A DNA stretch of 46,866 nucleotides from an uncultured Dehalococcoidales bacterium. GTDB lineage: Bacteria > Chloroflexota > Dehalococcoidia > Dehalococcoidales > DAOVUZ01. The stretch is taken from the NCBI GenBank assembly GCA_964616615.1, contig CAZTRJ010000003.1, positions 1 to 46,866 of the forward strand, given 5' to 3'. Below the pieces are notes generated by a model, which did no database searches, was not told the DNA's origin, and was given only the letters and a program-made list of their open reading frames with translations. Below are positions 1-8,622 of the stretch, piece after piece. The position numbers and the translations under genes were made by a program. Position 1 is the stretch's first letter. Every line of letters starts with the position of its first letter.

Positions 1-1
1 C

Positions 2-1102
2 CCCTTATGTTATAAACTTCAATACATTGACGGGCTAAAACCAAAGGATAAGTGGTATTTTAGCTTTGGCTTAACCATGCACAGCTGTGCCGAACACTTG
101 TTTAAGGTAAATGTACCTCCACCACCATCACTGGAGGAGTTGCTGGAGTTTTATGAGCGAAACTGGCTTGGTGTGGGGTATGAATCAGCAGAGGAAGAAG
201 CAAAATATAAGGCTTACGGTAAGGAAATACTGTCCAAGTTCTGGGAGATTCACACTACCGATTTCAGGATGCCAGTTGCTGTTGAGCGAAGGTTCTATAT
301 TGATATTGAAGGAGTAAAACTCACCGGCTATATTGACCGGGTAGATAAGCTGGATAGCGGGGGGTTATCCATTATCGACTATAAGACGAGTAAAGAACTA
401 TTTACCACCGACGATTTAGACCATGACCTCCAGTTGACCCTATATCAATTGGCAGCAGAGCAGACCTGGCATCTTCCTGTAGACCGGCTCACCCTCTATC
501 ACTTCAGGTCAAACACGCCTTTTAGTTGTCAATCAAGGCATAAGGCGCAACTTGAGCAGGCAAGACAGCTGGTGTTAAAGATAGCTGATGATATTGCTGA
601 AGAAAGATTCCCCGCTACCGAGAACCAGTATTGTCCCTGTGACTTCCCTGAGCACTGTCCATATTATAAGCATAAATATGCCGAAATTGTGGCTGAGCCC
701 AGGGAGACTGGTATCGGGCACGGGATGGCAGTAGGCGATGCTGTTGAGCAGTATGTCTCATTACAGAGTCAGATAAAAGAGCTCCAGTTGAAGTTGGAAG
801 AGATAAAGCAGATGGTTATTGATTTCTGCCAGACTGAGGGATTAAACCGGGTTTATGGCAGGGAGCATGCTATTACCTGTAAGCTGGTGGAGAGGACAGG
901 CTTTAGCGAGGACGAGGTCAGGGCACTACTTGAGCCTGAGGGGCTATGGGAGCAGGTGTTGAGCCTTGACCAATCCAGGCTCAACCAGCTCGTTACCAAT
1001 ATGGAGGTAGCTAAGGATATTAGAGATAAGCTGGAAGCCTTGAGGCAGGTTACTTCCGCTTCACCCCGGCTGTGGGTCAGAAGGCTTATTGAAGAAGAGT
1101 AA
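2..1102 (+). CDS. PD-(D/E)XK (RecB/AddB/Cas4-like) nuclease domain protein, 5' end cut by window edge
   Basis: The frame of ORF 77..1102 stays open back to nt 2 (PLCYKLQYIDGLKPKDKWYFSFGLT-MHS...), so the ATG at 77 is probably internal. Nuclease-type motifs GYIDRVD and LSIIDYKTS. One upstream Cys plus C-terminal CPCDFPEHC gives the 1+3 Cys pattern of Fe-S-bearing AddB/Cas4-type nucleases. Confidence 0.6.
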   Translation, partial: PLCYKLQYIDGLKPKDKWYFSFGLTMHSCAEHLFKVNVPPPPSLEELLEFYERNWLGVGYESAEEEAKYKAYGKEILSKFWEIHTTDFRMPVAVERRFYIDIEGVKLTGYIDRVDKLDSGGLSIIDYKTSKELFTTDDLDHDLQLTLYQLAAEQTWHLPVDRLTLYHFRSNTPFSCQSRHKAQLEQARQLVLKIADDIAEERFPATENQYCPCDFPEHCPYYKHKYAEIVAEPRETGIGHGMAVGDAVEQYVSLQSQIKELQLKLEEIKQMVIDFCQTEGLNRVYGREHAITCKLVERTGFSEDEVRALLEPEGLWEQVLSLDQSRLNQLVTNMEVAKDIRDKLEALRQVTSASPRLWVRRLIEEE

Positions 1103-1157
1103 ACTTGCTTTTTTCTCCAATTCCCTGTATTATATGTAAGCAAAATTGAACAGGTAA

Positions 1158-1281
1158 CCTGGAGGAGTCTGAACTGAGTTCAGGCATAATCGGGGAGCAA
1201 GTCGGTGCAAATCCGACACAGTACCGCCTGCTGTGACTGGTAGTTACATTCTATCAGAAGTCAGAACACCGACCTCCAGTA
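1158..1281 (+). promoter_or_regulatory. cobalamin riboswitch aptamer (copy 1)
   Basis: P1 pairing CTGGAGG (1160-1166) with CCTCCAG (1273-1279). Conserved core GGTGCAAATCC, ACCGCCTGCTGT and a B12-box-like AGTCAGAACACCGACC. Lies directly upstream of btuF. Confidence 0.75.
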
Positions 1282-1340
1282 GCCTTAAACCTCCGCGGAG
1301 CAAGGGGGTGGGGTTTATTTATTGACTAAAACAGTGCGTA

Positions 1341-1379
1341 AAAACCCCCCTGTTCCCAGGAGCAAGGGGTTTTCTTTTC
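1341..1379 (+). terminator. intrinsic terminator / riboswitch-1 expression platform
   Basis: AAAACCCC ... GGGGTTTT hairpin followed by TTTTCTTTT. The motif GGAGCAAGGGG occurs twice (about 1297 and 1359), giving two alternative partners for the C-run, as expected for an antiterminator/terminator switch. Confidence 0.5.
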
Positions 1380-1480
1380 CAGAGGTGGTAGCCTGGAGTT
1401 AAATTCTGAGGTAAAGAATTCAAACTAATTAGCCCGACTTCTGAGTGCGATGTATCCGAAATAACTGGAGGTGATTTTTA

Positions 1481-2428
1481 ATGCAACAATATATTCGGTG
1501 GTGTATTTCAGTTTTACTGATGGCAGCATTACTACTCCCGGCTACGGCTTGCACACTAGCTACCGACGAGGCGGCATCCTTTCTAATAGAAGTGACAGAC
1601 CAGACAGGCAGGGTAGTCAAATTAGAGGAAGTGCCGGAAACGATTATCTCACTGGCACCGAGTAATACCGAAATCCTTTATGCCCTGGGTCTTGAGGCTA
1701 AAGTGGTCGGGGTGACCGAGTATTGTGATTATCCTCCAGAGGCTCAAGATAAGCCGAAAATAGGTGGCTTCAGCACTGTTGACATAGAGAAAGTGGTTGA
1801 AATTCAGCCCGACCTGATATTAGCCGCTAACAAGCACGAGGAGAACGACACTACTAAAGCACTGGAGGGGTTTGAGTTAACTGTCTTTACCCTGGACCCC
1901 AAAACCCTGGATGAGGTGCTGGAAGCCATCACCCTGGTTGGAGAGATTACTGGTGAAGAAGAGGCTACCTCCCTGTTAGTGACCGAGATGAGTAACCGGA
2001 TTGAGGCGGTAACCAACGAGACGGATAATCTGCCCGAAGCTCAACGACCGAGAGTGTTTTACGTTACCTGGCACGACCCCTTGATGACGGTGGGCTCGGG
2101 AGCCCTCCATAACGAGCTAATTCAACAGGCAGGTGGCACCAACATTTTCCAGAACCTAGATGAGGACTATCCGAAAATCAGCTTAGAGGCAGTCATTGAA
2201 GCCAATCCTCAGGTGATAATCACCGGTATCAGCATGGGCTCAGGGGAGGACTTACCTTTTCAGTTTATCAGCACTGAGCCGAGATTGGAAGATGTGGATG
2301 CCCGAATTAACAACCGCATATATGCGATAACCAATGACCTGGTGAGCCGCTCCGGACCCAGGACCGTAGAGGCACTGGAACTGTTAGCCAAGATGATACA
2401 CCCGGAGATATTCGGTGAAGTCGAGTAG
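1481..2428 (+). CDS. btuF: corrinoid ABC transporter substrate-binding lipoprotein (BtuF-like)
   Basis: Signal/lipobox-like N-terminus (LLLPATAC). Periplasmic-binding-protein pattern IISLAPSNTEILYALGL, VVGVTEYCDYP, PDLILA. RBS GGAGGTGA upstream. First gene after a B12 riboswitch. Confidence 0.8.
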   Translation: MQQYIRWCISVLLMAALLLPATACTLATDEAASFLIEVTDQTGRVVKLEEVPETIISLAPSNTEILYALGLEAKVVGVTEYCDYPPEAQDKPKIGGFSTVDIEKVVEIQPDLILAANKHEENDTTKALEGFELTVFTLDPKTLDEVLEAITLVGEITGEEEATSLLVTEMSNRIEAVTNETDNLPEAQRPRVFYVTWHDPLMTVGSGALHNELIQQAGGTNIFQNLDEDYPKISLEAVIEANPQVIITGISMGSGEDLPFQFISTEPRLEDVDARINNRIYAITNDLVSRSGPRTVEALELLAKMIHPEIFGEVE

Positions 2429-2464
2429 AGATGAAAGGGTAAAACCTGAAGTCATCAGGATTTT

Positions 2465-3562
2465 TTGATTATGCCTTCGCAGCAAACTAAACTATCCCAC
2501 GCCAGCCAAGCGGGGGCAGTAGCCCTTTACCCTCGCCGGCGGGGGCGTATCTATGCCATTTTCGGGCTGTTGCTCCTATTGGGGGTGGTAGTAGCATTTG
2601 CCGTCACTATTGGGAGCGCTCAAATTCCCTTGTCGACTACAATCAGCATCCTGCTTTCTAAGCTGCCTCTAGTTGATATAACCCCCGACTGGGCAAGTAG
2701 CTTGGAGACCATAATTCTGGAGATACGCTTGCCCCGGGTTATTCTGGTGGGGCTGGTCGGCGCTGCCCTGGCGATAGCCGGGGCTACTTATCAGGGACTG
2801 TTTCGCAACCCGTTAGCTGACCCTTACCTTATCGGCGTGGCTCAGGGAGCAGCACTGGGGGCTGTTATCGGCTTCTTGTTTCCGGTCAACTGGCTGGGTA
2901 TAGGTGTCGGCACTGTCCCCCTGCTCGCCTTTGCCGGGGCGCTGCTTAGTATCGCCATTGTCTACAATTTGGCCCGGGTAGGTAGGACACTGCCAGTAAC
3001 CACCCTTATCCTGGCCGGTGTCGCTCTGGGTGCCCTCTTGGCAGCCATCGTTTCCTACCTAATAATTACCAGCGGGGATCAGATACACGGAATCATGTTT
3101 TGGATTATGGGTAGTTTTGCCTTAAGCCAGTGGTCGGAGGTAGCTTTTGTTCTTCCCTATATGGTGGTGGGGGTAACCATACTGCTAATTTATGCCCGCT
3201 CACTTAATGTAATGCAACTTAATGAGGAGCAAGCTCAACAGCTGGGAGTCAATGTAGAAAAGACCAAGCTCATTCTTCTGGGTGCGGCTACACTTATTAC
3301 TGCTGCCGCTGTTTCTTTCGTCGGCATCATCGGGTTTGTTGGCATCATCATCCCGCACGCTGTGCGCCTGATTTGGGGACCGGATTACCGTTTCTTATTA
3401 CCTTTATCCATCCTCGTCGGCGCCATTTTCCTTACCCTTGCCGATATCGTTGCCCGCACCGTGATGGCGCCTTCCGAGATACCAATAGGGGTGATTACTG
3501 CTTTCTGTGGAGCACCCTTCTTCCTCTATTTACTACGGCGGCGGGCAAAAGCACTCTTTTGA
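2465..3562 (+). CDS. btuC: corrinoid ABC transporter permease (FecCD/BtuC family)
   Basis: Polytopic membrane protein with RLPRVILVGLVGAALAIAGATYQGLFRNPLADPYLIGV and GFVGIIIPHAVRL signatures. The start may be the ATG at 2471 rather than the TTG at 2465. Confidence 0.85.
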   Translation: MIMPSQQTKLSHASQAGAVALYPRRRGRIYAIFGLLLLLGVVVAFAVTIGSAQIPLSTTISILLSKLPLVDITPDWASSLETIILEIRLPRVILVGLVGAALAIAGATYQGLFRNPLADPYLIGVAQGAALGAVIGFLFPVNWLGIGVGTVPLLAFAGALLSIAIVYNLARVGRTLPVTTLILAGVALGALLAAIVSYLIITSGDQIHGIMFWIMGSFALSQWSEVAFVLPYMVVGVTILLIYARSLNVMQLNEEQAQQLGVNVEKTKLILLGAATLITAAAVSFVGIIGFVGIIIPHAVRLIWGPDYRFLLPLSILVGAIFLTLADIVARTVMAPSEIPIGVITAFCGAPFFLYLLRRRAKALF

Positions 3563-3570
3563 GGAAAAAA

Positions 3571-4398
3571 ATGATTAAACTGGAAATGCAAAATGTCACT
3601 CTTGCCTACGGGCCTAAAGTAGTGGTGAAGGACATAAACTTTCAGATGATGCCTGGCGAAATGGTGGGGCTGGTCGGACCCAATGGCTGTGGTAAGTCAA
3701 CCATCATTAAAGCCTTAAGCCGTGTTATCGCCCCATATTCGGGCAGGATACTTGTAAACGGGAAGGATATATCCCGGATATCACGCAAGGATTTAGCTTG
3801 CATGCTTGGCGTAGTCCCTCAGATGTCGCTCCTGCCCAGTGTCTTTACCGCCTTTGAGATAGTGCTCATGGGCAGGAATCCCCACCTTGGTCTGTTTCAA
3901 TACGAAGGTCCAAGGGATATGGATATTGCCTGGCAAGCTATGGAAAGGGCATCAACACAGCATCTGGCTCACCGAAGGATAAACGAGCTTTCCGGTGGCG
4001 AGATACAGGGTGTAGTCATTGCTCGTGTCCTCGCCCAGGAGACAGAAGCGATTCTTCTAGATGAGCCGACGTCAAATCTGGATATCGGTCGTCAGATTGA
4101 AATCCTGGATTTAATCAAGAGCCTGTGCCGGGAAAATAATATGACGGTGGTGGCTGCTCTTCATGACCTAAACCTTGCCTCCCAATACTGTGACCAATTA
4201 GTCCTGATAAATAACGAGCGGATTCACGCTGAGGGTACGCCAGCAATGGTCATCAATCCGGAAAACATTGAGGAGGTCTACGGCGGCGGGAGCTATGTCC
4301 ACACTCACCCGCTAAGTGGCCTGCCGGCGGTGCTCCCCCATGCCGGCAATAGTAAACATGCTAAGCCCAGAGATGTGATAGAAGGAGACGCAGTTTAA
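3571..4398 (+). CDS. btuD: corrinoid ABC transporter ATPase (BtuD/FepC-like)
   Basis: Walker A GPNGCGKST, signature LSGGE, Walker B ILLDEPTSNLD. The start is set at ATG 3571 (MIKLEMQNV), just after the btuC stop. The 3373 start of the ORF track overlaps btuC. Confidence 0.85.
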   Translation: MIKLEMQNVTLAYGPKVVVKDINFQMMPGEMVGLVGPNGCGKSTIIKALSRVIAPYSGRILVNGKDISRISRKDLACMLGVVPQMSLLPSVFTAFEIVLMGRNPHLGLFQYEGPRDMDIAWQAMERASTQHLAHRRINELSGGEIQGVVIARVLAQETEAILLDEPTSNLDIGRQIEILDLIKSLCRENNMTVVAALHDLNLASQYCDQLVLINNERIHAEGTPAMVINPENIEEVYGGGSYVHTHPLSGLPAVLPHAGNSKHAKPRDVIEGDAV

Positions 4399-4403
4399 GA
4401 ATT

Positions 4404-5135
4404 ATGAAACATGCCGTTTTCAAGGAAGGAGACCTCGTAGTATGTCTTGGTGGAGGCTATTTCGGGACCAAAGCAGCCAGGCTGGGCAGGGAATGTAATG
4501 CCAGGACACTGATAATAGATACCAATCCAGATTGCGCCGCCAGGGACATAGCCGATGTTGTATTGACCGAACCAGGGACTATAAAAGCGGGACAAGTATC
4601 GCTCATCGTTGGTGATGCCATGGAAATCCTGTTCGGCATCCTGGAAGGAGAAGTGCCGCAGTGGATTATCCCGGCTGTCCCCGGGCATTCACTGGGTAAA
4701 TTCATCAACAGTTGGTTAAGGGCAAAGGGGCTTAAAGTGGCTAGCGGTGGAGATTTGTTGATTGAGGTTCTAGCCAGTTTACCTCGCAGATTGGTCCTGA
4801 GCGTAGATGAGAAGTCCGGGATTATTATATCTAGTTATATGGCGAAGGAGCTAAGGTGCGATACCAACTGTGCTCAACCCAGAATATGCCCGGTGACCAA
4901 GCACAAGAAGCCAGCTCCCATGTATGAACTTCTTGAATTCTCGGTCTCCGGGGCAGTGGATTACTATAAGATATTTGTCAGTCATCAATTTGATGGGGCG
5001 GGAGGAGTAGTGGGGGCAGAGGTGAAAAAGACATTAAACTATCTGGCAAGCCTCACCCCACCCTACTCATTAGCCATTGGCGTTTCGTGCCGATGCCATG
5101 GTATATTGAGCCTGCTTAAAGTGGAAGGGAATTAG
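4404..5135 (+). CDS. uncharacterised protein with N-terminal Rossmann/pre-ATP-grasp-like domain and Cys motif
   Basis: N-terminus LVVCLGGGYFGTKAARLGRECNARTLIIDTNPDCAA (GxGxxG followed by an acidic beta2 end). It resembles the N-terminus of the PylC in this window (RLGLVGGRLQGIEAAYLAREAGYQVTVIDRDPEAPA). Later motif CDTNCAQPRICP. Sits between btuD and cbiB. Confidence 0.4.
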   Translation: MKHAVFKEGDLVVCLGGGYFGTKAARLGRECNARTLIIDTNPDCAARDIADVVLTEPGTIKAGQVSLIVGDAMEILFGILEGEVPQWIIPAVPGHSLGKFINSWLRAKGLKVASGGDLLIEVLASLPRRLVLSVDEKSGIIISSYMAKELRCDTNCAQPRICPVTKHKKPAPMYELLEFSVSGAVDYYKIFVSHQFDGAGGVVGAEVKKTLNYLASLTPPYSLAIGVSCRCHGILSLLKVEGN

Positions 5136-5173
5136 ATTAGCAACATTATTGGCAGGTTCAGGATTAAACGGGC

Positions 5174-6106
5174 ATGGATATTTTGATAATACTGGCTCTG
5201 GCACTGGCTATTGACTTGGTCCTGGGTGAACCGCCCCGCGCCATCCACCCTGTGGTATGGATGGGGAAGGTCATTGCCTTTCTGGGGAGGGGTGGTGTTA
5301 ACCACCGTCCGCGGGTTCAGTTTATCTATGGGGTTGGGATAACCTTGGTCGCCACCGGATTATTTGTCGCTCCGACCTATTTTATACTCTTCTATCTAAA
5401 AAACCTTAACTTTGTCGCCTATGTAATTATGGGGGGAGTGCTCCTCAAATCCACCTTTAGTTTAAGGGAACTGCGACAAGCGGCGCTTAAGGTCAAGGGG
5501 CTTCTAATGAATGATGAGCTGAATGAAGCACGCTTTGCCCTGCGCTCATTAGTCAGTCGTGATACCAAGAATTTGCCCCAGCCACTATTAGTGTCGGCTG
5601 CCGTGGAATCAGTGGCTGAGAGCACCTGTGACAGCTTTGTGGCTCCCCTATTTTACTTTCTTCTCCTCGGGGTGCCTGGAGCTATAGCCTACAGGATAGT
5701 AAATACTGCTGACACCATGATAGGTTACCATGGGCAATGGGAATATGTAGGTAAGTTTGCCGCCAGGCTGGATGATGTGATTAGTTTTATCCCGGCAAGG
5801 CTCACCGCCTTAATGATAGTTATCGCCGCCGGGCTATGCCAAAAGGACATATCAGGGGCGTGGCGAGTTATGCTTCGTGACCACAATAAGACACAAAGCC
5901 CCAATGCCGGCTGGGCAATGAGCGCTGCTGCCGGCAGCCTGGGGGTGCAGCTAGAAAAGATAGGACACTACAAATTAGGTGATAACCACTACCCACTGTC
6001 ACCGGAGACAATTGGCGCTTCGCTTCAGGTGATGGTGGTAGTGGCTTTGCTGTGGAGCCTGACATGTATCTCAGTGGGGGTGATTCGCTTTGTCGTTACT
6101 ACCTAA
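5174..6106 (+). CDS. cbiB: adenosylcobinamide-phosphate synthase (CbiB/CobD family)
   Basis: Family-typical N-terminus ILALALAIDLVLGEPPRAIHPVVWMGK, membrane profile, and the SPNAGW motif. Confidence 0.85.
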   Translation: MDILIILALALAIDLVLGEPPRAIHPVVWMGKVIAFLGRGGVNHRPRVQFIYGVGITLVATGLFVAPTYFILFYLKNLNFVAYVIMGGVLLKSTFSLRELRQAALKVKGLLMNDELNEARFALRSLVSRDTKNLPQPLLVSAAVESVAESTCDSFVAPLFYFLLLGVPGAIAYRIVNTADTMIGYHGQWEYVGKFAARLDDVISFIPARLTALMIVIAAGLCQKDISGAWRVMLRDHNKTQSPNAGWAMSAAAGSLGVQLEKIGHYKLGDNHYPLSPETIGASLQVMVVVALLWSLTCISVGVIRFVVTT

Positions 6107-7208
6107 ACCTAAACCCGAAGTAGAAAATCTGAAAGTTTGTCCTCATGGCGGACCAAATTGGGCTGAGCTTGAGACTATGGGGCTTACTCCCGAGGAAGTT
6201 ATTGATTTTAGTGTCAACTCCAACCCCTTCCCACCCCCGTCGGGGATAAAGGAGATTTTTGACACCGTTGTCATTGACCGTTACCCTGACTCTGAGTCAA
6301 CCGAGCTTAAGCATTGCCTCTCAGAAAAACTAGGGGTAGCTCCCGATAATATCCTGGCCGGAAGCGGCTCCATGGAACTCATCAGGCTCATTGCTACCAC
6401 TTACTTTAGACGTGGCGATTCAGTATTAATCCTGGAGCCAACCTTCGGTGAATATGAGATTGCCTGCCAGGTGGTCGGCGCCAAGATTCTCAAGCAATGG
6501 GGAAAAGCTGAAGACTACTTTGCTTTGAGGATGGAGGAGACAGTAAGCACCATCAGGCGACGCCACCCCAGAGGAATTTTTATCTGTAATCCCAATAACC
6601 CCACTGGTCAATACCTTTCTCAGCCACAGGTCGAGATGGTCTTAGATTCCAGCAGGGATAGTTTGCTCATCCTGGATGAGGCATACATTGCTTTTACTGA
6701 GGGAAGCTGGCTCTCCACCGACCTGATTTCCCGAGGCAATGTGATTATTCTGCGTTCTATGACTAAGGACTATGCTTTAGCTGGACTGCGTTTGGGCTAC
6801 GCCATCGCCAGTCAGGAGATTATCCAGAATCTACGTAAGGTCTGTTCCCCGTGGAATGTCAATGTAGTGGCTCAAAAGGCAGGGGTTATCGCGCTAAAGA
6901 ATACCGAGCATCTCAAGCGGTGTGAGTCCAAGATTAGGCAGGCAAAGCAGTTCCTCACCGACGAGCTCTGCCGACTCGGCTTCACTGTAGTTCCATCAAA
7001 GACAAATTTCTTCCTGGTAGAAGTAGCCAATGCCAAAGCTTTTCACACCGCCTTGCTCCGACAGGGCATGCTGGTTCGCGATTGCACTTCTTTTGGCTTG
7101 CCCCAGTATATACGTATTGCGCCGCGGACCATGCCTGAGTGCCAGAAGCTCATCGCTACCATAGAAGCGTTGAAGAGCAAGGGAGAACTAGGTGCCACTA
7201 CTGGTTGA
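6090..7208 (+). CDS. cobD: L-threonine-O-3-phosphate decarboxylase (class I/II aminotransferase fold; HisC-like alternative not excluded)
   Basis: NPNNPTG motif, PLP-lysine context SMTKDYALAGLRLGY, TTG start overlapping the cbiB end. Assignment rests on the cbiB-adjacent operon context. Confidence 0.7.
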   Translation: MSLLPKPKPEVENLKVCPHGGPNWAELETMGLTPEEVIDFSVNSNPFPPPSGIKEIFDTVVIDRYPDSESTELKHCLSEKLGVAPDNILAGSGSMELIRLIATTYFRRGDSVLILEPTFGEYEIACQVVGAKILKQWGKAEDYFALRMEETVSTIRRRHPRGIFICNPNNPTGQYLSQPQVEMVLDSSRDSLLILDEAYIAFTEGSWLSTDLISRGNVIILRSMTKDYALAGLRLGYAIASQEIIQNLRKVCSPWNVNVVAQKAGVIALKNTEHLKRCESKIRQAKQFLTDELCRLGFTVVPSKTNFFLVEVANAKAFHTALLRQGMLVRDCTSFGLPQYIRIAPRTMPECQKLIATIEALKSKGELGATTG

Positions 7209-7233
7209 CAAATTCTAAATTATTTGATAAACT
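7205..7233 (+). promoter_or_regulatory. sigma70-like promoter for the second cob operon
   Basis: TTGACA (7205-7210, overlapping the cobD stop), a 17-nt spacer, then TAAACT (7228-7233). Confidence 0.5.
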
Positions 7234-7255
7234 ATATTGACTCTTTAACAAGAGC

Positions 7256-7429
7256 ACTTGTCGGTGCTTTGAAATAGAAGCTTAAAAGGGAAACCCGTGA
7301 AAGTCGGGTGCGGTCCCGCCGCTGTGATTAGGGACGAAACTTGATACAGTGCCACTGTTTTGCTTGAGCAAAACGGGAAGGCGTCAAGGAGTAGGATGAT
7401 CTAAGAGCCAGAAGACCTGCCAACAAGTT
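7256..7429 (+). promoter_or_regulatory. cobalamin riboswitch aptamer (copy 2)
   Basis: Near-consensus elements: AAAAGGGAAACCCGTGAAAGTCGGGTGCGGTCCCGCCGCTGTGA, GCCACTG, GGGAAGGC and B12 box AGAGCCAGAAGACCTGCC. P1 pairs ACTTGTCGG with CCAACAAGT. Confidence 0.9.
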
Positions 7430-7469
7430 GATTAAGCCTCGGGGAAAAGGGCTAAGGGAGATGGCAAAT

Positions 7470-7499
7470 CCCTAAGCCGAGTTTGGTTTAGGGGTTTTT
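7470..7499 (+). terminator. intrinsic terminator 1 after riboswitch 2
   Basis: CCCTAA(G)...TTAGGG(G) hairpin followed by TTTTT. Upstream CTAAGGGA (7451-7458) can pair with TCCCTAAG (7468-7475) as an alternative helix. Confidence 0.6.
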
Positions 7500-7515
7500 C
7501 TATTATTGGATGAAA

Positions 7516-7548
7516 ATCCCTAAGCTAAATCTAGTTTAGGGATTTTTT
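7516..7548 (+). terminator. intrinsic terminator 2 (near-duplicate of terminator 1)
   Basis: ATCCCTAA ... TTAGGGAT hairpin followed by TTTTTT. It shares the AATCCCTAAGC stem sequence with terminator 1. Confidence 0.55.
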
Positions 7549-7570
7549 GTATTTACTGGAGGGACAGCTT

Positions 7571-8608
7571 ATGAAGGCAGCTATCTTGAAAGCCCCCGGG
7601 CACCTGATGCTAGACGAAGTGGCAACGCCACTATGCCCCGATGGTGGTCTTGTGGTGAAAACTCAGGCATGTTCTATCTGCACTACCGATGTAAAGATGT
7701 TCCAGCGCGGTCACCGGGATGCGAACTACCCCCGCATACTGGGACATGAAGTCACGGGGGTGGTGGTTGAGAGCCGCGCCCAGGGTGACATGTTCCAAGC
7801 CGGTGATAAGGTACAGATTTTCCCTGGCATATGCTGTGGCCACTGCCCATTCTGTCGGCGGGGTATCGACAACCAGTGTGAGCACATCGGAATTATTGGT
7901 TTTAATCATGACGGCGGTTTTGCCGAGTTCCTGCTAGTGCCGCCGCAGAGTGTTGCTGGTAACGGAGTGAACCTTATACCTGGGGGAGTTAGCTATGAAG
8001 AGGCAGCCTTGACCGAGCCGTTAGCCAGTTGCCTAAATGGACAGCAACTAGCCGGTGTCGCTGAGGGTGATACCGTGCTCATCTTAGGTGCCGGGCCAAT
8101 AGGTCTGCTTCACGCCATGCTGGCTCGGGCCAGGGGAGCCTCACGAGTGCTGGTTGCTGAACGCTTACCGACTCGCCTTTCAATGACCGGGCGGGCAGAC
8201 ATTGACCGAAAGATTGACATAAATGGGGAGAGTATCAAGGCAGTAGTTAACGAGGAGACCGGAGGCCGAGGGGTTGATGTCATCCTCATCGCCAGTTCCG
8301 AGGTTATGGTCGCTTCCTTACCCGAGCTTTTAGCCCCCAGGGGACGGCTCTGTCTCTTTTCAGGATTGCCCCCGGAGACAGCTCAAATTCCTCTAGATAC
8401 CAACCTGATGCACTATAGGGAACTCACCATCGTTGGTGCTTACGGCTCTACTGCCGCCCAGAACACAGCGGCGCTCAGATTGATAGCTTCGGGCAAGGTG
8501 CCGGTTGCCTGGCTTATCACCAAGCGACTACCGCTGGATGAAATAGAGGAGGGCATGGAATATGTGGCAAATCGGGAAGGACTGAAAGCCGTCATCACAT
8601 TCTTTTAA
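7571..8608 (+). CDS. Zn-dependent medium-chain dehydrogenase (L-threonine 3-dehydrogenase / sorbitol dehydrogenase-like)
   Basis: Catalytic Zn ligand context CSICTTD and GHEVTGVV. Structural Zn cluster CGHCPFCRRGIDNQC. NAD fold ILGAGPIGLL. The start is set at ATG 7571 (MKAAILK) behind GGAGGG. Confidence 0.8.
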   Translation: MKAAILKAPGHLMLDEVATPLCPDGGLVVKTQACSICTTDVKMFQRGHRDANYPRILGHEVTGVVVESRAQGDMFQAGDKVQIFPGICCGHCPFCRRGIDNQCEHIGIIGFNHDGGFAEFLLVPPQSVAGNGVNLIPGGVSYEEAALTEPLASCLNGQQLAGVAEGDTVLILGAGPIGLLHAMLARARGASRVLVAERLPTRLSMTGRADIDRKIDINGESIKAVVNEETGGRGVDVILIASSEVMVASLPELLAPRGRLCLFSGLPPETAQIPLDTNLMHYRELTIVGAYGSTAAQNTAALRLIASGKVPVAWLITKRLPLDEIEEGMEYVANREGLKAVITFF

Positions 8609-8622
8609 GAAAGGAGGCTAAA

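Noticed and set aside
3373-3570. N-terminal extension of the btuD ORF
   Set aside because: It overlaps the end of btuC in another frame and translates to an Arg/Pro-rich non-ABC sequence. The ATG at 3571 follows the btuC stop and begins the conserved ATPase N-terminus.
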